From contig OY762428.1 in NCBI GenBank assembly GCA_963665665.1, positions 2,016,001 through 2,080,000 of the forward strand: a DNA stretch of 64,000 nt, in the 5' to 3' direction. The notes beneath the pieces are model-generated. The model ran no database searches and was not told the origin of the DNA. It saw only the letters and a program-made list of their open reading frames with translations. How positions within the stretch are numbered: position 1 is the stretch's first letter; every line of letters starts with the position of its first letter. Positions 28,768 to 39,421 of the stretch are shown here, piece after piece. The position numbers were made by a program, and so were the translations under genes. This DNA comes from Candidatus Kapaibacterium sp. (GTDB lineage Bacteria; Bacteroidota; Ignavibacteria; Kapaibacteriales; UBA2268).

Positions 28768-29730
28768 ATGAAAAATTTTGCCATTACAGGGGTGGCCGGA
28801 TATATTGCCCCAAGACACCTAAAAGCAATTCATGATACGGGGAACCGGCTAATTGCAGCAGTCGATCCGCATGATTCCGTAGGAATATTGGACAGGGATT
28901 TCAAAGATGTAAGTTTTTTTACTGAATTTGAAAGATTCGATCGTCACCTGGAAAAACTGAGAAGATACGACCAGGAAAATAAAATTGATTTTCTGACAAT
29001 TTGCTCCCCCAATCATCTTCATGATGCTCACATCAGGCTGGCTTTAAGGCTCGGGGCCGATGCAATATGCGAAAAACCACTCGTATTGAAGGCTTCCAAT
29101 CTTGATACTCTTCAGGAACTGGAGGATGAAACAGGAAGAAAAGTATATAATGTACTTCAGCTGAGGGTTCATCCTGCAATAATGGCATTGAAAGAAAAAT
29201 TTTCTGCTAAGCCCAAAAATGGCAAACATGAAATATTACTTACATATATCACTTCCCGAGGCCCGTGGTATCATTATTCATGGAAGGGTAATATTGAAAA
29301 ATCCGGTGGTGTTGCCACTAATATCGGCATACATTTCTATGATATGCTTATGTGGATTTTCGGCCCTGTTATTGGTACTGAACTTCATATTTCCGAAAAC
29401 AGCAAAATGGGCGGATATATAGAATTAGAAAATGCAAATGTACGCTGGTTCCTTTCGATTGACAGGAACGACCTTCCCAAGGAAGTAACAGAAAAAGGGC
29501 AGACTACATTCAGGTCAATTACTATCGACAGCGAAGAAATCGATTTTACTCACGGATTTACAGACCTTCATACAGAGGTTTACAGGGATATACTCAAAGG
29601 TGGCGGATATGGCCTGAAGGATGCCCGCCCATCGATTGAACTGGTAGAAAAGATCAGGAACCTGGATATTGTTTCTGATACGGCAAAAACTCATCCCTAT
29701 ATACTGGAACTAATTAAAGGAAATAAATAA
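28768..29730 (+). CDS. Gfo/Idh/MocA oxidoreductase, UDP-GlcNAcA 3-dehydrogenase (WbpB/WlbA-like)
   Basis: GVAGYIAPRHLKAI, ICSPNHLH, CEKPLV, GGVATNIGIHFYD, GFTDLH. Confidence 0.9.
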   Translation: MKNFAITGVAGYIAPRHLKAIHDTGNRLIAAVDPHDSVGILDRDFKDVSFFTEFERFDRHLEKLRRYDQENKIDFLTICSPNHLHDAHIRLALRLGADAICEKPLVLKASNLDTLQELEDETGRKVYNVLQLRVHPAIMALKEKFSAKPKNGKHEILLTYITSRGPWYHYSWKGNIEKSGGVATNIGIHFYDMLMWIFGPVIGTELHISENSKMGGYIELENANVRWFLSIDRNDLPKEVTEKGQTTFRSITIDSEEIDFTHGFTDLHTEVYRDILKGGGYGLKDARPSIELVEKIRNLDIVSDTAKTHPYILELIKGNK

Positions 29731-30309
29731 ATGGATTATTTTGTTCATGAATCATCCTATGTTGATGATAATGTTGAAATTGGCGAAGGTACAAAGATAT
29801 GGCATTTTTCCCACGTGCAAAGCGGAACTAAAATCGGAGAGAAGTGTGTATTCGGGCAGAATGTTAACGTTGGTAACAATGTTAAAATCGGTAGTTTTGT
29901 GAAAGTACAAAACAATGTTTCTATTTATGAGGGTGTCGAGCTTGAAGATTATGTTTTCTGCGGCCCGTCGATGGTATTTACAAATGTTATCGACCCGAAA
30001 TGCCTTTACCCGCAGCGCGGTTCGGAATTCTATTATAAAACTCTGGTAAAATTTAATGCATCTATCGGCGCTAATGCAACTATAGTCTGCGGAAATACAA
30101 TTGGCCGCCATGCTATGATAGGCGCCGGTTCCGTTGTTACAAAGGATATTCCTGATTATGCTCTGGTTGTTGGCGTGCCGGGCAAAATAATCGGCTGGGT
30201 TAGCGAGGCAGGCAAAAGGCTTGAATTCAACGAAGATGGAATTGCATTTTGTGATAAATCCGGTAAAAAATATAAGTTAACTGATAATATCTGCAAAGAA
30301 GTTGATTGA
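29731..30309 (+). CDS. Hexapeptide-repeat N-acetyltransferase (WbpD/WlbB-like)
   Basis: IGEGTKIWHFSH, KVQNNVSIYEGV, FCGPSMVFTNV; directly abuts the WbpB-like gene. Confidence 0.9.
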   Translation: MDYFVHESSYVDDNVEIGEGTKIWHFSHVQSGTKIGEKCVFGQNVNVGNNVKIGSFVKVQNNVSIYEGVELEDYVFCGPSMVFTNVIDPKCLYPQRGSEFYYKTLVKFNASIGANATIVCGNTIGRHAMIGAGSVVTKDIPDYALVVGVPGKIIGWVSEAGKRLEFNEDGIAFCDKSGKKYKLTDNICKEVD

Positions 30310-30417
30310 TTAATACTTAAGTAATGATTTATTTTGACATTGAATTAAAAATATTTTATCTTTGTATGTGTAATTTGTGAAATACTTCACGTGATAATTT
30401 CGGGGGACACTTTATAG

Positions 30418-31518
30418 ATGCTTCATAACAAAACAGTTGCAGTTGTAGTTCCGGCTTACAATGAAGAAAGCCAGATTGGTATGGTTATCGATACCATGCC
30501 TGAATTTGTTGACAGGATTGTTATCGTTAACGATAAATCCAAAGACAAAACTGCCGAAGTTGTTATGGAATATATCAAGAAAGAGAAAAAAGGCAAAACA
30601 ATTATAGATAAAGCCCTTAGCAAGATAAAGCAAAACAAATTCAACCGAGCGGAAGTTGTTCTCCAGGAAGCAAATAAAAAAGAAATAGAGCTTTTTACAC
30701 CTTTTGAAGTTGCCAACGAAGACCCTGATAATTGCAGGATAATTCTTGTAAACCACATTGAAAACGGAGGTGTTGGAGCGGCAATAGCCACCGGGTACAA
30801 GTGGTGCAAAGATCACGATATAGACTGTACTGCCGTTATGGCAGGTGACGGACAGATGGACCCCGGTGAACTTGAAAGAATTTGTGAACCGGTTGTAAAA
30901 GAAGGGATTGATTATGTGAAAGGTAACCGCCTGATTCACCGCAGCGCTTTGCTGGTAATCCCGAAAGTCAGGTATATTGGTAACTCAATGCTTTCCATTC
31001 TTACAAAAATAGCTTCCGGATATTGGCACGTTTCCGATACTCAAACCGGTTATACTGCCATATCCAAAAGCGCCCTGAATGCAATCAGGCTTCACCAGAT
31101 ATTTAAAAGATACGGAATGCCAAATGATATGCTGGTTAAATTGAATATTTCCATGTGCAGCCTCAGGGAAATTGAGATCAAACCGGTATACGATGTGGGC
31201 GAACAAAGTAAAATGAAGATAGGCAAAGTTATTCCAACCGTATCATGGCTTCTTGTAAAATCCTTCTTCAAGCGTTTATGGTTCAAGTATCTTTTCAGGG
31301 ATTTTCACCCTCTGTTTCTCCTTTATCACCTGGCGCTGATTCTTGCAGTTATATGTCTTCCTGTAGGATTGAACATGCTCTATGCCATATTCGATCATGG
31401 AAATATGATAGCTGATCAAACCCTTCTGATTTTCATCTTTCTTGCTACCAGCAGTTTCCAGTCTTTCCTGTTTGCGATGTGGATGGATATACAGGATAAT
31501 GAGCGGCTCTATAAGTAG
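30418..31518 (+). CDS. Glycosyltransferase family 2 with C-terminal TM helices
   Basis: VVVPAYNEE, VNDKSKDKT, GVGAAI, AGDGQMDP, SDTQTGY. Confidence 0.9.
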   Translation: MLHNKTVAVVVPAYNEESQIGMVIDTMPEFVDRIVIVNDKSKDKTAEVVMEYIKKEKKGKTIIDKALSKIKQNKFNRAEVVLQEANKKEIELFTPFEVANEDPDNCRIILVNHIENGGVGAAIATGYKWCKDHDIDCTAVMAGDGQMDPGELERICEPVVKEGIDYVKGNRLIHRSALLVIPKVRYIGNSMLSILTKIASGYWHVSDTQTGYTAISKSALNAIRLHQIFKRYGMPNDMLVKLNISMCSLREIEIKPVYDVGEQSKMKIGKVIPTVSWLLVKSFFKRLWFKYLFRDFHPLFLLYHLALILAVICLPVGLNMLYAIFDHGNMIADQTLLIFIFLATSSFQSFLFAMWMDIQDNERLYK

Positions 31519-31530
31519 CTGTAAATCTGA

Positions 31531-32418
31531 TTATTCCTCAAAGAAATAGCCTTCATTTTTAATTACCAGATCAATTTTCCATTTCATTACAATGAATAGC
31601 TGGTCGGATTTCGATGATTTCACGTACCATTTATCTTTACCGGCCTCATAGAAATACAGGCATGTTTCGTTTATTATTAACGATCTCCACAAGGGAGGCA
31701 ATTCTGCAGGCGGATTGTCTTCGAAAAGATCGGTCTTGTAGTCAGCAAGATATTTAAGCAAAGCATCAAGGGCTTCCTTATTAACTTCCTTATTATTCAG
31801 AAGCCAGTTCCCGGCATGTTGTTCTAAAACAAAATTGTTCCCTTCGCCCGAGTATGCAATACTTCTAATAGCATCTTTAGCAATTTTAAATATCGTTTTG
31901 TCTCTCCAGTCCGACAGTGGAGCGCTGAAAACACCTGCAAGAGCACCTTTAATTAATTTTACTTCGTTGCTGCCGGGTTCGCGGACATAGGAATCCAGAC
32001 CGGCTCCCACGGGTTTTCCTATTAATATATCCATAACAATCCGGCTTCCCTGCCAAACTTTCAGCTTTATTGCCGAAGAATCATCAAGATTGAATGCGTT
32101 CTGTTTATCAGGGTTATCCGAGAGGATATTCTTTATTTTACTTTCGGAAATATGTTTCAACGCATTTTCAACTTTGGAAACTGCTGCCGGGTATCTGATC
32201 GGGAATGAAACAAACCATTCCCCGGTATGTTTTTCAAGAGTAATTTTGCCCTGGAAATTTTCAAATTCAATCCTGCTGATTGCAGCGCTGTCAATTTTAG
32301 CAAGTTGTTTTCTTTTACTCAAATCTTTGTTTTTTTCCCCCGGCTTTTGCATTATATAATAAGCTGCAAATAACAGGGCTGCAAAAACTGATAGCAATAC
32401 AATTGTTTTCCTGCTCAT
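31531..32418 (-). CDS. DUF4340-like membrane-anchored periplasmic protein
   Basis: N-terminal TM; W.V..P..YPA, IGK....SYVR, SDWRDKTIF pattern. Confidence 0.6.
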   Translation of the reverse strand: MSRKTIVLLSVFAALLFAAYYIMQKPGEKNKDLSKRKQLAKIDSAAISRIEFENFQGKITLEKHTGEWFVSFPIRYPAAVSKVENALKHISESKIKNILSDNPDKQNAFNLDDSSAIKLKVWQGSRIVMDILIGKPVGAGLDSYVREPGSNEVKLIKGALAGVFSAPLSDWRDKTIFKIAKDAIRSIAYSGEGNNFVLEQHAGNWLLNNKEVNKEALDALLKYLADYKTDLFEDNPPAELPPLWRSLIINETCLYFYEAGKDKWYVKSSKSDQLFIVMKWKIDLVIKNEGYFFEE

Positions 32419-32729
32419 TTAATAATCCCGATGATAGTTGCTTCAAAATCATTACTCATAAATTACGCAATGATTTCCAGGATATGAAACATATTCTGAT
32501 ATTATAATTGGTGATGGAAATTACTGCTACCTAAATTCGAAGCCATCATTTATTTATTCTATCCAACAATAACGTTTCTCTTAGTACAGCCTGAGGGTGA
32601 ATTTATTGAACGTTTGGCATTTCAAAGCAATTTACTATTAAACCGCTACATTGTTAATTAAATGTTTTGAAGTATAATTTTTGCAAATTTCCCACAATAC
32701 ATTTTTATATTCTTATGATAAGTTAAGTT

Positions 32730-33095
32730 CTATTTATATAACCAATCTATTGCTGCTTTGTAATCTGAAGTAAAAAACATGAATAAGCCTTGATTATTCG
32801 TTACTGTTTCATAAAAATCTAAATTGTCAAGTTCATTTATATCAACTAAAATCGCAACTTGAGCAACTTTTGGTGCTGCTTTTCTTGTTTCTGTTGCAAA
32901 CAATACCGTATCAACAACTCCAAGTTCGTGTCTTAAGTGTTGTTCATCACATAGTATTTTTTTGCTTTTATATTTAAGAGCCGCTTCGATAATTGCTTTA
33001 GCATAATCTAAAGTTTCTTCCATATCATCTGCAATACCAAATGCAAAAACTTTTAATAGCTCTTTTTCAGTTTCAAATTTGTATTTGATTGACAT
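32730..33095 (-). CDS. Small hypothetical protein (STAS/SEC14-like fold possible)
   Basis: AT-rich ORF; KILCD, FYETV..NQG..F.D..AA.DWL; AAGGA RBS before ATG 33095. Confidence 0.55.
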   Translation of the reverse strand: MSIKYKFETEKELLKVFAFGIADDMEETLDYAKAIIEAALKYKSKKILCDEQHLRHELGVVDTVLFATETRKAAPKVAQVAILVDINELDNLDFYETVTNNQGLFMFFTSDYKAAIDWLYK

Positions 33096-33616
33096 TTTAT
33101 TATTCCTTTTATTAGTTTGAGAATTTTGTACTACACTAAAAATAAAACCAATATACAAAATATAGTTGAAAATATCGGTTTATCATGGCAGTTACAGCAA
33201 TACGAATTCAAGCTGCAAGCCTTGAATTTACTACTGCCCCGGCTATTGTGTTTATACACTGTTAGCTACAGGCATTAATTCTTTTCATTTATTTTCTGAA
33301 AAGTCAAATTTCAAGAAGTGTAATATTCTCTTTCAACTACGCAGTCTCTTGTTAAGGAATATGTAAATAAATTTTTTCCATCTGAGTATTATATTATTTT
33401 GCACAATGAATGATAAATAACAGAATACAATCATGAAGGTTAGAATGCCGAAAAGTTCCTTTTCTGAAAAAAGCAGATTAAAAATATATTGAAACTATAT
33501 ACTGAATTTAAAGAATAGACAATAGGCCGGGAATTTATTTATTTATTGAATAACGCTAAAGACGCTCCTATTTCGTATTTTTGTACAGTATATAAAAGAA
33601 CATAGAAAATTTAGTT

Positions 33617-34510
33617 ATGGATGATTACCGAAAATACCTGCAGCCGGACACAATAGCAAGGCTGAAAAATATTGAATTGAAAGCAAGAATGGTTGTTGAA
33701 GGATTTATTACCGGGCTGCACAAATCGCCTTATCACGGATTCAGCGTTGAATTTGCCGAACACAGGCCGTATAATCCGGGCGACCCGATAAGATATCTGG
33801 ACTGGAAGGTTTATGGCCGCTCAGATAAATTTTATATAAAGCAGTTCGAGGAGGAAACCAACCTTCGTTCTGTTATTGCGCTTGATTCCAGCGCTTCAAT
33901 GAAATACGCGTCAAAAGGTAATATCAGCAAGTACGAATACTCTTCCTACCTTGCTGCTGCCATATCCTACCTTTTAATAAAACAAAGAGATGCCGCCGGC
34001 CTGGCTTTATATGATACTGATATTAAAAGATACCTGCCCCCGAATTCCAGGCAGAGTTTTATCAGCGAAATATTGAAAGCTATAGCTGGCAATGAACCGG
34101 AAAATGAAACCGGGACTGCAAAAGCCCTTGACCTGCTGGCAGAAAGAATTAACCGCAGAGGGCTGGTTGTGATTATCAGTGACTTCTTCGACGAAACCGA
34201 TTCAATAATGCAGGCTTTAAAACATTTCAGGCATAAAAAGCACGAGGTTATTGTATTCCAGGTACTTGATCCGAGAGAAGTTGATTTCAAACTTGGTAGC
34301 GGTGCTAATTTCAGGGATATGGAAACAGGCGAGGAAATGATCACTCAGCCACATCAGCTGCGAAAAGTGTATCACGAAACAATGCAGGATTTTATCGAGA
34401 CGATTAAATCAGCCTGCTATGCGAACCATATAGACTATCACCTGATTGATACTTCAATGCCTTTCGACAGGGCAATGAAAGAATTTATTATCAAAAGAAG
34501 CAGGGTATAA
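33617..34510 (+). CDS. DUF58 (vWA-like, MoxR-associated) protein
   Basis: GLHKSPYHGFSVEFAEHRPY.PGD..RYLDWK, DSSASM, ISDF. Confidence 0.92.
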   Translation: MDDYRKYLQPDTIARLKNIELKARMVVEGFITGLHKSPYHGFSVEFAEHRPYNPGDPIRYLDWKVYGRSDKFYIKQFEEETNLRSVIALDSSASMKYASKGNISKYEYSSYLAAAISYLLIKQRDAAGLALYDTDIKRYLPPNSRQSFISEILKAIAGNEPENETGTAKALDLLAERINRRGLVVIISDFFDETDSIMQALKHFRHKKHEVIVFQVLDPREVDFKLGSGANFRDMETGEEMITQPHQLRKVYHETMQDFIETIKSACYANHIDYHLIDTSMPFDRAMKEFIIKRSRV

Positions 34511-34618
34511 TAAATACAAAAGCTATTCAAATTTATAATGACAATTACAAGCAATAAAAGCCCCGCTAAAAAGCGAGGCTCTGCAAGTGGAATTTATCGT
34601 AAAAAAAAGTAAATACTT

Positions 34619-34876
34619 TTAATTAGACGGATAAACCGATATTCTGGTTTTTTCTCTTCCGTCATGCTCAAATTTTACCTGTCCATCTATCAGGCTGAAG
34701 ATTGTATAATCTTTGCCCAGGCCGACATTTTTGCCGGGATGGAATTTAGTGCCGCACTGGCGTACAATTATGTTCCCGGCTTTTACAATTTCGCCGCCGA
34801 ATCTTTTAACGCCGCGTCTCTGCGAGTTGGAATCGCGTCCGTTTTTTGACGAACCGCCACCCTTTTTATGAGCCAT
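34619..34876 (-). CDS. rpmA: 50S ribosomal protein L27
   Basis: [16 protein letters not shown]...[15 protein letters not shown]. Confidence 0.98.
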   Translation of the reverse strand: MAHKKGGGSSKNGRDSNSQRRGVKRFGGEIVKAGNIIVRQCGTKFHPGKNVGLGKDYTIFSLIDGQVKFEHDGREKTRISVYPSN

Positions 34877-34888
34877 AATTAAACCTCT

Positions 34889-35200
34889 CTATGAAATTGT
34901 AATATCTGTAATTTCAATTGTTGTGAAGTGCTGTTTATGGCCGTTAAGTTTTCTATAACCTTTGCGGCGTTTTTTGTGGAAAACAAGCACTTTATCACCC
35001 CTGCCATGCTCAATTATCTTTGCCTGCACGTTACCTTCAAGGTAGGGTGTGCCAATAACGGTATCTTCACCGTTTTTAGTCAGAAGTATGTTGTCGAATG
35101 CAACAGTATCGCCCGGCTCGCCCTGCAATGCCGGCACTGTTAATACATCATTTTTGCTTACTTCGAACTGTGTTCCTGCTATTTCTACTATTGCTAACAT
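34889..35200 (-). CDS. rplU: 50S ribosomal protein L21
   Basis: AIVEIAGTQFEV...HGRGDKVLVFHKKRRKGYRKLNGHKQ. Confidence 0.97.
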   Translation of the reverse strand: MLAIVEIAGTQFEVSKNDVLTVPALQGEPGDTVAFDNILLTKNGEDTVIGTPYLEGNVQAKIIEHGRGDKVLVFHKKRRKGYRKLNGHKQHFTTIEITDITIS

Positions 35201-35333
35201 TCGTGTTACCTTTTTTATAGCTATTTCAAGTTATCAATCATAAGAGCATTCAAATTAGCAAAACTTTTCCACATTTCCAAACAATAATTGATAGATATCT
35301 GAAAATATTGAAAGATTCACTACCTCGGTTTTC

Positions 35334-36602
35334 TTATGCTGATTTCGTTTTCAATTCAAAATCTGTTAAAACCAAAGGTTCAACGCCGTCCCTGATAGAT
35401 TCTGCCGTCACAACACAGCTTTTAACATCCGGCATATCCGGCAGGCTGAACATAATGGGAAGCATATTTTCTTCCATTATCGAACGCAAAGCCCTGGCGC
35501 CGGTTTTCCTTACCTGTGCCTTTTTCACGATTTCCTTCATGGCTTCTTCTTCAACTTGCAGTTCTACGCCTTCCATCAGGAAAAGTTTACGGTACTGCTT
35601 GATAAGAGCATTCTTCGGATCGACCAGGATACTCATCATTGCTTCATCGCTAAGCTGATCAAGCGGGGCAAATACCGGCATTCTTCCGATAAGCTCCGGA
35701 ATGAAACCGAATTTTAAAAGGTCTTCGGGTTCGGATTTTTTAAGAAGCTCGTAGCTTTCCTCAATATTTTCCTCTGCCTCGGCAGCAAATCCAATTGTTG
35801 AAGAACGCAGCCTTTGCTTTATAATTTTCTCAAGGCCGTCAAATGCACCGCCAAGAATAAACAGTATGTTTTTTGTATCGATATGGATAAGCGGCTGTTC
35901 CGGATGCTTTCTTCCTCCTTTCGGGGGTACGCCCGCAACTGTTCCTTCCAGAATTTTCAGCAATGCCTGCTGAACGCCTTCTCCTGAAACATCACGTGTA
36001 ATGCTTGTGGATTCGCTCTTGCGTCCTATTTTGTCAATCTCGTCGACGTAGATTATACCGCGCTCGGCCTGTTTCACGTTGTAGTTGGCATTCTGAAGCA
36101 GCTGCACAAGAATTGTTTCCACGTCGTCGCCCACATAACCGGCTTCAGTTATTGTAGTGGCGTCCGCGATAGCAAAAGGTACTTTCAGTATCTTGGCAAG
36201 AGTCCTTGCAAGAAGTGTTTTGCCGGTACCAGTTGGGCCAGCAAGCAGAATGTTTGATTTCTCGATCTCAACTTCTGCAAGATCGCCTTCCATTTCGCCG
36301 TGTTTAATCCTTTTATAATGGTTATAAACAGCTACGGAAAGAACTTTTTTCGCATAGTCCTGTCCGATAACATGCTCACTGAGCTTTTCCATTATTTCGG
36401 ATGGCTTTGGCAGCCTGCCGTCAAAATCCTTGTAAAGCTCCCTGTTCTCATTTTTCTTTATTATTTCCAGGGAACTATTCACGCATATATCACATATAAA
36501 CACATTGTTAGCTCCCTCGATAATGGTTGAAACTTCATTGGAAGTCCTTCCGCAAAAAGAGCATTTTATCTGGTCCCTGGTAAATTGGTTTCGCTTTGCC
36601 AT
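35334..36602 (-). CDS. clpX: ATP-dependent Clp protease ATPase subunit ClpX
   Basis: CSFCG..CDIC Zn finger, [30 protein letters not shown] loop. Confidence 0.98.
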   Translation of the reverse strand: MAKRNQFTRDQIKCSFCGRTSNEVSTIIEGANNVFICDICVNSSLEIIKKNENRELYKDFDGRLPKPSEIMEKLSEHVIGQDYAKKVLSVAVYNHYKRIKHGEMEGDLAEVEIEKSNILLAGPTGTGKTLLARTLAKILKVPFAIADATTITEAGYVGDDVETILVQLLQNANYNVKQAERGIIYVDEIDKIGRKSESTSITRDVSGEGVQQALLKILEGTVAGVPPKGGRKHPEQPLIHIDTKNILFILGGAFDGLEKIIKQRLRSSTIGFAAEAEENIEESYELLKKSEPEDLLKFGFIPELIGRMPVFAPLDQLSDEAMMSILVDPKNALIKQYRKLFLMEGVELQVEEEAMKEIVKKAQVRKTGARALRSIMEENMLPIMFSLPDMPDVKSCVVTAESIRDGVEPLVLTDFELKTKSA

Positions 36603-36632
36603 TATATTTTATCAAGTATTAAAATCACAATA

Positions 36633-37241
36633 TTATTTTTCTTCACTCATCTGCTGGGCGGTATCAATAACTTTATCAATTATACCGTATTCCATAGCAT
36701 CAGTCGGTGTCATGTAGTTGTCCCTGTCAGCATCTTTTTTGATCTTTTTCAGGTCCTTGCCGGTATGTTTGGCAATAATCTCAAAAAGCTGTTCCCTTGT
36801 TTTCAGCATCTGGCGCGTGTAAATTTCAATATCACTTGCCTGGCCCTGGGTGCCACCCAAAGGCTGATGCATCAGTATATTGGAATTCGGAAGTGAAAAA
36901 CGTTTACCGTTTGCTCCGGCACAAAGAAGTACCTGAGCCATTGATGCAGCCATGCCGATAGCTATTGTAGATACATCAGGTTTGATAAACTGCATGGTAT
37001 CGTATATAGCCAGCCCTGCAGATACAGAACCGCCCGGAGAATTAATATACAGGTGAATATCTTTGTTCGGATCCTCGCTTGTAAGGAAAAGAAGCTGCGC
37101 AATTACAAGGCTCGAAAGCTGATCGTCAATCGGCGATCCGATAATAATGATCCTGTCTTTCAAAAGTCGGGAGTAAATATCATAAGAGCGTTCGCCCCTG
37201 CTTGTCTGTTCAACTACTATCGGTACCAGGTGATTATTCAT
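36633..37241 (-). CDS. clpP: Clp protease proteolytic subunit
   Basis: [34 protein letters not shown]. Confidence 0.98.
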   Translation of the reverse strand: MNNHLVPIVVEQTSRGERSYDIYSRLLKDRIIIIGSPIDDQLSSLVIAQLLFLTSEDPNKDIHLYINSPGGSVSAGLAIYDTMQFIKPDVSTIAIGMAASMAQVLLCAGANGKRFSLPNSNILMHQPLGGTQGQASDIEIYTRQMLKTREQLFEIIAKHTGKDLKKIKKDADRDNYMTPTDAMEYGIIDKVIDTAQQMSEEK

Positions 37242-37406
37242 GTTTTTATCCTTATTCTTTTTAATATTAAAACAATCAAATCAATTAACGAATCATTTAA
37301 TTGTATCTTTTATCGAAGTTCGTTCTACTTCCTATTAATAAATCAACCCCGCTAATGCGAGGTTGAGTGTTTAATTTTTTTGATGTCTGCCCGGGAAGAG
37401 AAAATG

Positions 37407-38789
37407 TTATTCTTTTTCCTCTTTTTCTTCACCCTCGTCAACATCATTTTCTTGCACATCTTCAACCTCGACATCCTCATGATCGTGATCTTCATCATGG
37501 TCATGGTCGTGACCCTTGTGTTCAAGTTCTTCAAATGTGATTTCGTTTGTTTCAACAAAGTCCATCAAAAAGTCCATGAGTTTTTTATTAAGAATATTCA
37601 TAACAAAGTTCTCATTCTGCATAAGCCTTTGTTTGAATGTATCCTTATCTGTTTTATATTTTTCAGCTTCAGTTGCAACTATCGGGTCGATATCATGATC
37701 CTCGACTTTTATCTCTTCTTTTTTAACGATTGCAGTGCGGATCATTTCCCATTTAACCTGTTTTTCTGCCATCGGAACAAGGTCGTGTCCCATCATTTCA
37801 TAGGTTATCTGATCCATTCCCGGCTGGTTTGAATATTTTTTCTTGATATCTTCGAACATAGCTTTACCAACCTGGTCAACGATTGACTTGGGAAGCGGGA
37901 AGTCATGTGCATCAACAAATTTATCCACAAGGTCATCTTCCATTGCACGGCGGGCTTTTTCGTCCCATTGTTCCTGGATCTGGAAGGAAATTTCTTCTCT
38001 TAGTTCTTCAGTAGTTGTAAATTTACCTTTTGTATATTTCTCAGCAAATTCATTTGACCATTCTGCCGGAACCAATTCCCTGATACCAAATACTTCAACT
38101 TCAAATTCCTGGTCTGGAGCATGAGTATCGTCTTTGCTCGGGTTAATCCTGAATTTATCGCCTGTGTGTTTGTTCAGAAGATTTTCTTTAAGAACCGGAA
38201 GGACTGTTTCATTGGCAAGATAAACAGTTGTTTCTTCTTCTTTTGCGTCGCCAATAAGAATCATACCAGATTCGGGATCAATTTTTCTGATCTTGATATC
38301 AACAAGGTACTGATCGTTTTTAACTTCAGTATCTTCTTTCATTTCTCCGTTGTTCCGGCAAACATTTTCAACTTCTTTATCGATTTCTTCTTCGTCAACA
38401 ACGTGAACCGGTTCGTCAACTACTATAGATGAATAATCTACAAGATCAATTTCCGGGAACTGGTCGTAACGGACATGATAATCTACGCCGTCATCAGTTT
38501 TATTAATATCCATCAGTCTTGGTTCGCCGATCATGTGAATCTGGTCTTCCTGGAGAATTTTATTAAATTCTTCGGTTACGATATCCTGGTCAGCTTCAAG
38601 CCTGATCTGTTTTCCGAAAAGCTTTTTAACTGTGTTCAGCGGAACTTTTCCTTTTCTGAAGCCCTGTAGGTCGATATGAGGCCTGGCTTTTTTATAGGCT
38701 TTTTCGTAATGAGGTTCCAGTTCTTCATTGCCGAGTTTCAATATCATTTCGTACTCGCAACCCTCAACTAATTTAATTTCCTTTTCCAC
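37407..38789 (-). CDS. tig: Trigger factor
   Basis: GFRKGKVP motif; tig-clpP-clpX synteny. Confidence 0.93.
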   Translation of the reverse strand: MEKEIKLVEGCEYEMILKLGNEELEPHYEKAYKKARPHIDLQGFRKGKVPLNTVKKLFGKQIRLEADQDIVTEEFNKILQEDQIHMIGEPRLMDINKTDDGVDYHVRYDQFPEIDLVDYSSIVVDEPVHVVDEEEIDKEVENVCRNNGEMKEDTEVKNDQYLVDIKIRKIDPESGMILIGDAKEEETTVYLANETVLPVLKENLLNKHTGDKFRINPSKDDTHAPDQEFEVEVFGIRELVPAEWSNEFAEKYTKGKFTTTEELREEISFQIQEQWDEKARRAMEDDLVDKFVDAHDFPLPKSIVDQVGKAMFEDIKKKYSNQPGMDQITYEMMGHDLVPMAEKQVKWEMIRTAIVKKEEIKVEDHDIDPIVATEAEKYKTDKDTFKQRLMQNENFVMNILNKKLMDFLMDFVETNEITFEELEHKGHDHDHDEDHDHEDVEVEDVQENDVDEGEEKEEKE

Positions 38790-38828
38790 AGCTAAATCCC
38801 TTGTAAATTATAAGTGTTAAAAATATTG

Positions 38829-38911
38829 TGCGGACGGGGAGAGTCGAACTCCCACGTCCTAAGGACACTAGATCCTAAGTCTAGCGCGTCTGCCAATTCC
38901 GCCACGTCCGC
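38829..38911 (-). tRNA. tRNA-Leu (anticodon TAG), CCA not encoded
   Basis: Reverse complement GCGGACGTGGCGGAATTGGCAGACGCGCTAGACTTAGGATCTAGT...GTTCGACTCTCCCCGTCCGCA; long variable arm; typical position upstream of tig. Confidence 0.95.
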
Positions 38912-39421
38912 AAAGTACAGAATACAAATATACGGGTATTTTTCAAATTAACAAACATAATTTTCAAGTGATTAGAAATATTTCCACAAAATACTAATGC
39001 TTATAAATAAATACCCTGCCGAAGAGGTCTTGTTCTTTCGGCCAACTTCAGCTATCAGTTCAGATAATTGCAGGAAGCTCTTTTTAAATCAGGTTATCAG
39101 GCGGATCACACTCCGGTATTACTGCCATTTATTATCCGGAAGTTTTATTAAAAATATTTTCATTAGCCCGGAATTTTGAAGTTAAGCATTGCTCCAAAAT
39201 TGTTTTCCGGATCTATCTTATTGTATAATATATGCAGCCCAAAATCAGGTTTTTGAATATATTAACATTCAATCTAAAAAACATGGTTTTTAATTATTAA
39301 CATTTTTATATATATTGTATCGTTGATTTAGGATTCAAAACGTTCGGAATATTATCATAGTTTGCATTCAATAAAGCCGGCCCGGGATGATGTTGATTTT
39401 TAATAATCATCAGGTAGCAAA

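Noticed and set aside
38912-39421. Integrated element at tRNA-Leu
   Set aside because: No integrase and no duplicated tRNA 3' end; tRNA-Leu-tig is a normal arrangement
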